A stretch of DNA of 64,000 nt from NCBI GenBank assembly GCA_907165135.1, contig OU015569.1, positions 744,001 through 808,000 on the forward strand, read 5' to 3'. Source of the DNA: Oikopleura dioica (lineage: Eukaryota > Animalia > Chordata). Under the pieces are notes generated by a model. It had not been told where the DNA came from. It did no database searches and saw only the letters and a program-made list of their open reading frames with translations. The translations under genes were made by a program, and so were the position numbers. This document shows, one piece after another, positions 23,747 through 35,189 of this stretch. Position 1 is the stretch's first letter. Every line of letters begins with the position of its first letter.

Positions 23747-24029
23747 ACCCTCTTTTCTTGCGAGATCCTGCGAAGATCATCATGTATATATTAATATTTA
23801 AGAGCTCCTTTAATTAAACTTTAAAAGTTAAAAGAAACAATACCGGTAATCGGGAGCGGGGATGTCCAAAAAGACACAACTCCGTCTCCTGTAGAGTGAG
23901 TCCTTGTTGATTTCAAATCGTATCTTTGTTTATTTAGGTACAGAAAATAAGAGAGAGGATGACAGAAATTGAAGTTTTTCATTAACAGTAGTCGAGAATT
24001 CACTTTTTTTCACCAAGTTTAGCACCAGC

Positions 24030-24679
24030 TACGAGACAACAGCTACTTTGTCGTAATTTGGATCCTTCAGTATTGATGTAGAGCGGCTTAAATTTTCGGT
24101 TAGTACAGGTTTTTGCAGACTAAACAAGGTATTTACGAGGGAATAGCGGGATTGCGCTGAATGCGAGAGTATCCATCGTCCGCGCTTTTGGCTCTTTTGG
24201 CAGGCTCTTTTTCGTCTGGCGAAGGTTTTGGGAGACGAAAGACGTTGGAGCCGTGCTCGAGGAAAACGTCGTCGTTTTCGTCTTCCGAGTTGTTGTTGTT
24301 TGTTTTGTTGGTTTGGTCGACGAATGTAGATTTAGAGCGGATAGGTGACTTGAGCGGTGTTGATGGGGCAGCCTTGTTAGTGGTGCAAGAGAAGGCGCGA
24401 GTGCGGTGATGATTGGCGCTGTTTTTGCTTGGGTCGGGCAGCGGTTCGCTCAAGATGCGGGAAGAGGAGGCCCGCAGATCGCTTGTCAGCGAAGAGTTTG
24501 TAGAAAGCCGAACGTAGCCTAGAATAAAGTTAAATACAAAGTTGACTGTATGTTGATTACTTACCTTCTTCTGTATCTGTTCGAAAGCGAATCTCCTGCT
24601 CTTCTTCAATCCCGTTCACGCCTGGGTCCGGCTTCCCAACAGTCCCGGGCGGAGAAGATTTTTGACATACAGCTCCCAT
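24030..24679 (-). CDS. Hypothetical Ser/Pro-rich protein with N-terminal MGAVC (possible myristoylation plus palmitoylation); 3' end approximate
   Basis: Exon 1 MGAVCQKSSPPGTVGKPDPG...RTDTEE|G splices in frame to YVRLSTNSSLTSDL... (ORF 24133-24609). Confidence 0.6.
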
Positions 24680-24857
24680 TATAAGTTTTAGTAGCCTGTG
24701 TTTAGGCATTTATCATTGTTTTCTGAAAAAGTACTTTTTAGTAGTTGATAAGTTTACGAATTGTTATTTGAACTGTATGAGCTTGAATAGAGAAATTGCA
24801 CTTAGGTACCATGATATGTAAAAATATACAGTAATAAAGTAAAACGAGAATAGAACT

Positions 24858-26576
24858 TTAGTGGATATTTGGATCTGGAGTGCAGCATTGACTTTTATGA
24901 GGTTTTCTGCATTGAAAAACGATTTTGAATTCATAAAATTTGTCATAAATAAAATTGAAAATCCTTCCTTGGTGGCTTATCCCAATCATAAATGTAGCCC
25001 GCTTTTTTCTGAACTTCCTCTTTGCAAATTTTACCATGCCGCTTGAGCAGGTTCCATTTCTCTGTAATCATTTCTGGCGTCTGTTTATGAGTGACGATGT
25101 AGCTGTTTGAGCAGCCTCTTGAGGTCGCCTCTGTATCAAATTCAACCATGTGGACTCTGTTGAGCGGTAAGGGACCGAGCCAGCCTCCGACACTTACGTC
25201 CTCGTTGTTCCAAATCGAAAGGCTGAATTTCAAAAATGGTCTTTGTTGATTTCAAGAAAGAGAAAAAGTTTATTTTTAGCGAAAAATCTTGAGTGAAAAG
25301 AAATAAAACTCTCTCCCTCTTAATTAATAAGATGCGAGATGCGCAGGATCTCCCTAATTTCGACAAGCGCTCGCCCCGATAACCAGCAGTGATTGCGTGG
25401 GGCCAAACACTCACCTGGGCCTTACATTGTTGAAGAAAAGGGCCAGTTGACGCATCTATCACTATAAACTTCAAAGATAGAAGTAGCTCGAAAATCAAAG
25501 CGGACATTATATTCTAGTAAGTTTTATGCATGTTCCTAGGCTAGACAATTTCGGCACTCTTATAAGATTGAAAATAAATCGCCTATCCGTGGCTACATAC
25601 CTTTCAAAATTTCGACCGATGAAAGTGTAAGCATCCTTCCCTAAAACGTAACCACCGCCTCTGGCATTGGGCAAATAGTAGTCGCAAATTTTCCAGTTGG
25701 GTTCGGCCCATGGTCCACTCTTTTTCACCCTTGCACGACCGGAGAAGTATCCCATGTACAGGTCCGAGCCGTGCTTTTTCAACTCAGGAATCAATCTGGC
25801 TAGATCAACGAAAGTGTCTTCATCCGCTTTTGGCAGGGTTTTTTAAATAGGAGACTCATCAATTCTTTTCCACGAAATAAGCGACTAGTCTTTGAAGAAC
25901 AACTTCCAAAACCCTTGCTTTTAGTACGAATTCGGCATCAACATTTTCATGAATCCAGACCAGCGAGAGACCGACTTTCTGTGTGAGTGCGTGGTACGAG
26001 TCTAATAGCTCCTTATTAGTCGCCCTTTTTAAATTTACTTGTTTTGTTTCACAAAAAAACCTTTGAGCTGAGGCAGCTGTAGCATGTCAGCGCTTGTCAA
26101 ATCTGGAATCACCTTCTCGGAAAGCGCAGCCGTTCCGATAACAAACTTGAAGATGCATTCCGGTGGATCGCAGACTGATAGCTTACATCCAAGTTCGCAA
26201 CTTTATCTGGCGTTTATTAGTCAATTCATAAATTCTATCAGCAATTCAATTAATTGATGGTTTCCGTAGCAAACTGCAGAAATTGTTAACGACGATTAAT
26301 TTAAGAACTTGGCCATGTTTTTCGCAGAACATCCCTTTTCTCTTTGTTATCAGGCGCGGAAACAACAAAAACCGTCAAAAATGCTTTCGATTTTTTTGAT
26401 TTTTCATTATTTTCATCAAGATTGCTTTTCGAACTCCTCGCAATTGAAAAATCTTTGAAAGAACTGACTGCTGCTATTTCATGCGTGGCATAAAGAGCGC
26501 CGAGGTAATAGCCCAACGCAAGAAAAACGACCGCTTTGAATAACTCTATCAAACGATTTCGCAAAAACCGATTCAT
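24858..26576 (-). CDS. B3GALT6: Beta-1,3-galactosyltransferase 6 (GT31; glycosaminoglycan linker synthesis)
   Basis: Type II TM, then FLTVFVVSAP..KRDVLRKTW, VLKADEDTF, LYMGYFSGRARV, WKICDYYLP..GGGYVL, EDVSVGGWL, FDTEATSRGCSNSYIVTHKQ, YIYDWDKPPSQCC. Confidence 0.93.
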
Positions 26577-26729
26577 TAATCATCTAAATCAGTTTTTTTG
26601 AAGAAATATTTCATTTTTTGAATAGAATATATTTTCAAGCAGTGTTTACAGAAGTATTGAAGATTGTAAGGCGTATGATTGAAGAGACGCAGCCTCCAGA
26701 AAAAAAATATCTAGTAACTCACAGAGGCC

Positions 26730-26838
26730 CTGCTGTAGAAACTTGTGTAGAAAGCCTGAGTCAGGGCCTGAAAGATTTCGAATGAAAAAGATCTTTCAGA
26801 CCCTGACTCAGGTTTTCTGCACAAATTGCCGAGCGCAT
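26730..26838. mobile_element. MITE family A, short copy
   Basis: gtgtagaaagcctgagtcagggcctgaaagat...atctttcagaccctgactcaggttttctgcac. Confidence 0.8.
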
Positions 26839-26994
26839 GGTCTGAAAAGTCGAACTTCTGAGAGCTAAGAAGTAACTAGTGCTACCAGGAGGAATTATAA
26901 CAAAGCCAAAATTAATTATTGCGAATAACTGGTCAAGGACCTCTTCTATCGATAAAATAATCGGCTTTGGAAATAAAGTTAAAGATAATATTCG

Positions 26995-29783
26995 CTACAG
27001 GATTTCTTCCGAAAAGCGCGGCTTCTCGAAGAGCGTATCCGAATCGCTCGTCCCTGGAGCACCGTCGGAGTCGATCAGAGCGACGTGATCGCTCTTTATA
27101 GGTTTCGGCGGTCTTGCTCGCAGTGGGCGCTTCTTCCGTGGACGAGAGAATTTCGACGGTGCTTTTTCATCTTCGTCAGTTTCGGAATCCAAGGCATGAA
27201 GAGCGGCATAGTCCGATCGACGCTTCTGATGCTTCTTTGCTCGCCCGCTTTTCTGTTTTCGCTTTCGTGTTAGCATTATTACAGCGGCTAAATTTGACGA
27301 TAGGCTATTGTTGATTGTTTTTTCAATCTTACCGAGGACACTGATGAGAATCAGAAAAATGGACAGGACCAAGTACACAAGGCTCCAGGCGCAATTCTGA
27401 TACGCCAGCATTGGATTGCGAATCCAGAACTTGTCGCATTCGCACTCTTTCGTCGAGTTGGAGCAAATGCCGTGGCCACTGCAGTCGGAGAGGCAAACGA
27501 GAGGCCTGGCAGTGACAGGATGCCCGCGACAAAATGATTTGAAGCCGCCGCTTGAGACGAGCGCTCCGTCGAGAAAGGGGACGACTTGAGATGTTTCCGT
27601 TGCGTTTTCGAAGATGTCGTATGCTTTTGCGAGAAGCACCAAGTCCGGGGAGTGGAAGGGCTGGAAAACGTGGGTAATAGACACTTTTGTCAATTCAGGC
27701 TCGTTATCCTAAAGATGGTAACTAACAAACTACTTTAAATCATCCTTTACCGCTAAATTAAGCAACAGCTCCGTTTCAGCATCTTTTGACTCCTTTTTCG
27801 TAATCATTGGGCAGTCATAAACGGTGATTTCAATGATAGTATCGATTTCTGGATCCTCGACGACGTTGACAGTGGCGATTTGAGAGTTGGTTTGACCGAT
27901 CTTGTCGGTAACAGTGACGGTGAACTTGTAGGTGCCGATGTTGGCGTTTAAGATTTGAAGGATAGGCGAGTTGATGGAGTTGTTGTAGACGGTGAATCCA
28001 GCGAGGACGGATGGATCAGCCGTCCACGAAAACGAAAGTAAAGAATCGTCTAAAAAAACGTCCTTTTTCGTAATGTTGATGAGGAAAAGCATTTACCGAA
28101 AGAATGAGAGCGCGAAGCGTCAATAGCAAAGTTTGCACGAGGGCCAACCTTTGTTTGCTCTTCCTCGACGACGATAGTCGGCTTTGCACCAGTAGTGACG
28201 TTGACAACGATTTCCACCGAATCTGATAGTTGTGGCTCTCCATCATCCGTCACCGTCAGTTGGTACTTGTAGAGGCCGACTGCGGTGATGTTTGAAACCC
28301 TGGCGATTCTTTGATCGAGCGGATCTACGGTAAGGATCTGTTTTGACGGAGCTTTCTTCCCCGTGGAGAAGAAATACGTCAAACTGTCGCCATCTGGATC
28401 AACGCTGGTGGAGGCGTTGAGGACGAGCTCTTTTGTGCTTGGAATGAAGTAGAGTGCGCTGCCTTCCGATGAAAACATGACGTTTCCAATCTTCATTGAT
28501 AAGTTAAAAGATTGGATAGTTGAGATCAAAATTACCTGGAGTTTAGCTACTGGGTTGTTATTCTTCGCCGGGTCAACGATGATCGTAGCGGTAGTCTGAT
28601 CCTTTTGCCCCTTTTTATCTGCCACGGTCAGGGAGAAATGATAAGTTCCCTTAATTGCTTCTTTAGGAAAACGAGAGCATTGATAAGGAGAAGGTTACCG
28701 GTTTGCGGATGCTGTTTATGGAAAGGCAAGGCTCGTGCGAGCCGGACAGATCGACAACTTCGGGATTCTCATCGTTTTCCACTTCCCAGAGATATTCGAC
28801 TACTTCGTGGTCGTCTGTCGACGAGTTTCCGCACAGTTTAGCGGTGGAAGTCGGAAGCGTGATTTTGAACTCTACAATTTTCGCTGAAAAATTTGAAATT
28901 TTTCGAACTAGGCACCTTTTGGGATGATTACAGCGGTAGGAGGCTCGTCTTTTTCTTCGATAATTTGTAATGAGGCGTGTACTTCCACTTTCTGGTCAGA
29001 GTTATTGTCTGATACGGTCAAGAGGAAAGTAATGTTGGCTGCTTCCGGAGCGACGTCGATTTCCAGCGACGCTTCGTTTTTTATCGCGTCGACGATGAGC
29101 TCCGCTGTGTTGAGAGGAACTTCTTGCTCTTCCCACTTGAACGTTAACGATTCCTGCTCAAGGCTCAATTTATCAATCGATGGAGAAAAATGAAAATGTT
29201 TCAATCAATTGATTTTAGTAGCATCTGATAATAATGAGCCGGGCCTCGGGATAATCCTCGAAATTGATTTCTGGCTGGAGGACGAGATGAGTTTGCGGTA
29301 ATTGCACGACTTTGGGCGGTATATTTACAGTAAGAGGCACTTTTGATTGCATATCATGCACCGTCACATCGAAAAAGGCGGTTTGGTCTTGAAAAAAGTA
29401 ATTAAATCAACAAGCATCTAATTGGCAATTACTAATTAGCACTTACTGTAGTTTGAATTGGAGGTAGACGAAACGAAAAGCGAAAATTTGTACAAGCCAC
29501 TGACGGTTAGACCGCCCTTTGGGATTCTGTAGATTAATGGCTCTTTTGGATCCAGTAGCTCACTGGCTTTGGAGTCTTTGGGAAGAGTTACTGGAGTCCA
29601 TTCGACGTCGTATAGTTGCGGATCAAATAGTTCATTTCCAGTGGGTTCAATATTTCCCGTGAGAACGAAATCTTCATCGTAGGGAAGGGTGATTTCATGT
29701 GGCCCATCGATGGAGATAGTAAAGGGTTCCGAATCACTGTAAACACTTTGCGCCAGGAGGAGAAACAACAAATTTAAAAACAT
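26995..29783 (-). CDS. KIAA0319L: KIAA0319/KIAA0319L (AAV receptor)-like PKD-domain membrane protein; 3' end approximate
   Basis: Signal MFLNLLFLLLAQSVYS; tandem PKD/Ig repeats (LVLNASTSVDPDGDSLTY, GLYKYQLTVTDD, GTYKFTVTVTDKIG); CLSDCSGHGICSNSTKECECDKFWIRNP...NCAWSLVYLVLSIFLILI TM; basic cytoplasmic tail with a YAAL motif. Confidence 0.85.
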
Positions 29784-29910
29784 TACGACCTCGTTATCAT
29801 CCTGAAAGAACCGAATGTTTTTAATTATCTTGTTGGAAAGAAAAGCGAGAAAGTTTATTTTTTGATTCTTGAACTCAAGCGAAGTGTAGAAAAGAAAGAA
29901 ACAAAAAGAA

Positions 29911-32319
29911 CTAGTGATGGTATCGTTTTCTTCTGAATCTTCGTCTTCTGAATTTGCGCGGAGCTGGTTTCTTTGATGGAACAACGTCGTTGCTCGTTGG
30001 CTGGCGGTAGACTTTGCGGATCGTTGATGGCGCGACTGTTGGTGGGACTCGCACGGAAGGATTGTCTTGATTTAACAAAGTAAAGAGGGAGGGGCTGTAT
30101 TAAGAGTGTTACCAAAAGCGGTCGATTTCTTAGGAAGGCATATCTTTCTATCCAGTTGTTTGCTCTGCGGATAGCTCGGCTGTGAAGTAGTCCTGTCACA
30201 GCGCCCATTCAAATCGCAACTATTCAAACTCATCAAAAGATTATAGCATTTGCAAACGGTCATACTTGCAAGAACACATCTTGTTCGACTCCTTTTCGGC
30301 GATTTTCTTGAACTTGTTCGCGATTGAAGTCGGAACGTTTCCTTTTCGAAAGCTCTCCAGCAGCGATTTCTTGAGTAAGCTTTTGTAAGTGTCGTAGAAA
30401 CTGGATGAGCCCACTCCGGCGCCCGCTGGACCCATGGGACCGCTTCGGCCGCGTTCGCCTTTTTGCCCTGTCGCTCCTTTAGTTCCTTTGGCTCCAGGAG
30501 GGGCCAAACCGACGTCGCCTTCATCGCCAGGATGGCCCATCGGACCCATTTCGCCAGCGGAACCTAAACAGAGTAAGTCCTTTTTCTCCTATCAAAAAGT
30601 ACCAGGATATCCAGCAGGGCCAGGCTCGCCTCTCTCTCCAGGAGCGCCATCGACTCCATCTTCCCCAACTGGCCCTCGAACGTCATTCGGAGCTCTATAA
30701 TCATTTTATTTGTAGGAGAAATAGCAAATCAAGCCTACCCCTGGGGACCTTGAGGACCTTTTCTTCCAGTTTCTCCGATTTCTCCAACTGCTCCCTTTTG
30801 CCCTTTCTCTCCTTTTATCGAGATAAAATAAAGGAGTTACTTGAACTCTATCAAAGTAGATTATTGTAACAAGTCTAAAAATTATACTGTATAATGATTT
30901 TGATTATCTTTTCCTTTTGGCCCATCTGGTCCGCTAGCTCCTCTTCCACCTTTCTGCCCAGTTGCGCCCTGTTCGCCCCGTTTTCCGCAGCATGGTTTTT
31001 GAGCTTCGTCATCTGCGCAATTCTTGACATCAATTTGACAGTCGCATGTGCAGTGCTCCTCGCACTTTTCTGAAAACAGCAACTTAGGAGTTGTTGTGAA
31101 CTTCGTTAATTCTGTTATTCATATTTCTGCAAATAGCTAACTCAAGTATAACTTATACTGTATAAGGTTAAAGCAAAGAAAAAATGGTAGATTCTTTGAA
31201 GAAAAATTGTCGAACCTTCGCAAGGGTCGACGTACTCGACAATCGCTGTTTTCACATAATCTCGATGGCTATCAACTGGCAAGTTGAGGATCGTAGCTCC
31301 ATTTGCGCGCAGTTTGTCTACCACTTCTGCTCTCCAGCAATCCTCCTTCTGTCCCCGATCGCACGCCCAGTTGTTCAATGTCAGCAAATAGCTCGCATCC
31401 GCCTTGTTCTCAAATCTTTCCATCATAACATGGCCATCGCCGCCGTTGCTGATGATTACGTTGATTTTCGAGCTGCAGTGAGCGCCCAAATCCTCGTTTA
31501 ATTCCGAGGACGCGCGGAGAGCTTGATTGGGATTCCAAAAATTGATTTGTTTATTATGTTAGTGTCCTGCAAGAGTCTCCAAATAAAAAGGCTTTTGTGG
31601 AGTGTCAATTCATAGTTTATTTGTAATAGTGATTCAATGTCAAGGTGAGATCACTTGTGTGGAATGTTGGCTTACGAGCGGCTTATAAGCCAAGGAAGTT
31701 CAAGTCATGCGCAACGAAGCGCATGACCTGGTAAGTATCGGGGGCAATTGATAAGCAATAAATGGAGTGGAGACAGTAGGGGACACTACAATTAAAAAAA
31801 GTTCATTTTTAAAGGAAATATTTTCGAATCCATTCCTTGATCAAGGTTGAAAGATCCAGAAGGTCTAAGCGCGTTAACTGCCACTTTAATCTCGTTGAGG
31901 CGAAGGGAAGCGCTAGTTTGGGAAGGATGAAGGTTGAAGATATCTCGTCCGTTAGAATTGATGATCAGAAACGGGTGGAAGCGATGTCGATCGTCGGAGA
32001 GGATCATCTCGTCCACCAGGTTTCCTATGAAGTCTTTCATCAGCCGCAATTCGGCCATAGAATCGCAGCTTTGAAATATCAGTGAGAAAAGAAAGAACAA
32101 TTGGAATTCTTTACTATCCCTTATCATTATTTTCGAAGCTTACCTCGTATCAAGAATGAAATTGACACAAACACCACAGGAAGAGCATTTCTCCTCGCAG
32201 GTGCATTCGGAGCACGGAATCTCCGTACTGTAGCTCGTTTTCTCGATAAAGTTCTCAGCTGCTACAAGCGCAAGCTGTAAGGCCCCGAAAAACAGGAAGA
32301 GCTTATTCCTTATTCTCAT
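29911..32319 (-). CDS. Secreted VWA-domain + short collagen (Gly-X-Y) protein with polybasic C-terminus
   Basis: Signal MRIRNKLFLFFGALQLALVAA; VWA-like CVNFILDTSCDSM...NVIISNG; Cys-rich linker CEEHCTCDC..CC; four Gly-X-Y exons; tail ...PRKFRRRRFRRKRYHH*. Confidence 0.85.
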
Positions 32320-32763
32320 CTGTCGATTTCCGGGCTCGGGACAGTCTGACCCTCGCCTGTGCCTCAATTGCTGTTTGCTCAAATATTAAATTGGCGATAT
32401 TGAATAAAATTCAAAACGCGCCAGTAACTCTTAAATATTGACCTTTTTGGAGCCACCTGGCATCCATGCTGCACCGCAGACTTCAATTTTTACAAAGAAA
32501 TTTATCATATTATTAAATAGAACGGTGATTTGTTTACTCGACAATCAAATTCGACCAAAAGTGGGCAGAGCTGTATTTTCTTTTTTAACATTTCTAAAAC
32601 GTTTAAAGCATTTCTTCTTAGCAATGAAATATTATTGAAAGAGAATATTAATTATCCCTTTTGGAATGAGACAAGTATCACGCCACAAAATCAATTTTCC
32701 AGGGGCTTTAAAAAGAGCCAGCAAAGATGCATGTGGCAATTTCGCCAGTTTTCACCGCAGAAA

Positions 32764-33100
32764 ATGAAAAAAGCGCCGCGCATTATTTTCCTCTTTTTGG
32801 CCTCTCTCTCGGCCTTATTTACAGACAGCCGAAGAAGAGTGCCTTTGACAACAGGCAAGAGCCCAAACTTTGTCTGGAAATCAACGAAGACTAAACTTCT
32901 TATTCAGTTATTCTGTGAAGAGATTCAATGCGGTAAACTCTTCTCCTTACAGAGAAATGCCAGGAGAAGCAGTCCCGACAGAGGATGAGATTCTGATGGA
33001 CGATCATCCAGATAACTCGGTTTTCAGAAATTTGGAAAACATTTACGAAATGGTGCTAGAAGCGAAAAGTAAAGACGCCCATTTTCTGAGCGTGTTTTGA
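32764..33100 (+). CDS. Small putative secreted protein / peptide precursor
   Basis: ttttcaccgcag acceptor just before MKKAPRIIFLFLASLSALFTDSRRR; downstream open frame YSVKRFNAVNSSPYREMPGE...HFLSVF*. The splice between them is not resolved. Confidence 0.45.
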
Positions 33101-33289
33101 TCTTAAATTAAGACGAGGTGGACGATTTAAAAGACGGCGTGACTCAAGAATACGAAAAGATTCTCCGCCGCTACCAGAAACAAGCAGCTGGCGCACTCGT
33201 TTGACAAAGCAAAAATCGTTTATTGTACGAGTAATAAACACAGAGAGATAATATGTACTAACTATAACTTATAGTCTATAACTGTTTAC

Positions 33290-34460
33290 GTAGAAGCAAG
33301 TTTGAGTCCATGAAGATCGAGCAAAGGCCTGCTATAGTCGACTTTGTCTACCACTGTGACTTTTTAAAAGGCTCAAACGATGAATTCTAACTCGCTTGGC
33401 TCTTCCAAGGAACATCTTCTATTCACTTTCGCCCTTTTCCTAATTTAAATCCAGCTTCTTCCTTTTGCTTTGTTGTGGGTCGATCTCGAGCATCGACAAC
33501 CATCGCGCCTCGGGAGAATTTGCCGGCACATTCGACGGCGACGTGGCAGTCTCGGGAGCTCTTGATTGCTTTTCCTTCGACCAGCACGACCGCAGCGACG
33601 AGATCGCAAATGCAAAAGTCGTCGAATGCTTCTTCGTCTATCGGAACTCCCATTCGTTTGCAGCGCTCCCACAGCCATTCTCCCTGAAATAAGTTCAAAA
33701 ACCATGGAAAAGTGAAGATAGTACTTTGAACGTAGTTTGATAGGGATGAAAATCGATCATTTCTTTTTTAAATGTCCCTTCGCGCGTCGCTTCCCAAGTC
33801 ACAATCTTCGTATCAAGCTCTTCCGGTATCTTTCTCAAAACAGTCGCCGCTGCTTCTGGGTCGTGGAAAAAGTTGAACTCGGCCGCAGCAGTCACATTTC
33901 CTCTTCCCCAACTCGTCCCGCCCATGATCGTCAAGGATCTCCACTTTTTCGCACAATGAGGATCGATTGTCATCGCCAGCGCTAGATTTGTGAGAGGTCC
34001 GATCGCCAGCACTGCCAATTCGTTTGCGTACAGTTGGGAAAGCTGGACAATTGCGTTGGGAGCGGCCTCTGCCGGGGATCTCAAGAAAACGCTCTCGTCA
34101 ATTTCTACATCATTCTCAGTGACGTCGCATAATCCATTCCTTCCGTGGTAAAGATGGTGCTTTTTCCAGTCTTCGTCTTCGGCGACGAGCGTTGTATCGG
34201 AGCCAAAAAGATCGGAATCTTATGCTGAAAAGAATATTGAAATTTTTAATTTGAAAATACGAAAATGAAGAAATTGTCTTCTGTACCTGCAGATTATTCA
34301 ACGTAAGAAGTTTTAAAGCATTCTTAGCTCCAACAGAAGCCGGGCAATTTCCATGAACGATGCTGATTCCGACGATTTCGACGTCGTTGCGATTAATAAG
34401 AAACTGCAATGCGCAAATATCGTCCACGCCCGGATCGCAATCAACGAGGACTTTTAACAT
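33290..34460 (-). CDS. Inosine-uridine-preferring nucleoside hydrolase family protein
   Basis: MLKVLVDCDPGVDD (DxDxGxDD), VHGN, HGRNGL, AIGPLTNLALA, IMGG..GRGNVTAAAEFNFFHDPEAA, CICDLVAA, SRGAMVVD. Confidence 0.95.
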
Positions 34461-35189
34461 CTCTATCTGCTAAACTTTTGCTTCTGCTACTTTTGCTCAA
34501 TAAGTAATAATATAAAAAGAGCTGCCCAAAATGCTCAATTGATGATTCAAAGTTCAGTGATGTCTGAATAAGTTTTCTGAGCGGAAATAAAATAAAAATC
34601 CTCATCCTGCTACTGGGCTTGGGAATATGAGTGGAGAACCTGAGTCAGGATTCTGAGTCAAGGTTTTCAACAGATATTGCCAAACCCAGTTCTGCTGTCT
34701 GAAAGAAACTTGCGGGGTATGAGAATCGACGAATTTGACGAAATTTGTTAGATTTATCTTTCATGAGTTTATTATTGCTTATAACATTTTAGCTTTTTTA
34801 AATCAAGTAATAACATGGATAAAGAAAGAAACAGGGCCGTCTTTGCTCAGCTTATTTTAGTTTTAAATTGGATGAAGCTTGTTTTCTATCATAATAAGTC
34901 ATGTGACTTGAGTTAGTTTCGTAGTTTTTTATATCATTTAAATTGCATATTTTTAGATTTGTAATTGCTGGAAAATCGGAAAGAAATGGGAAATGAAGCG
35001 GGTTGAACTTGAAGCGTGTCCGCAATGTTACAGTATGAAAGGATGAAAGTAATGAAGTACAGTAATTTAATTTCACATATATATAAATATAGATGTAGAT
35101 GTTCGATAGTTGTTTGATAGTTTTTGTGAAGGGACGATGAGTAATTAAATTGACAAGTATTTTTTACAGTAAAATAGCTGTGTAAGTTT

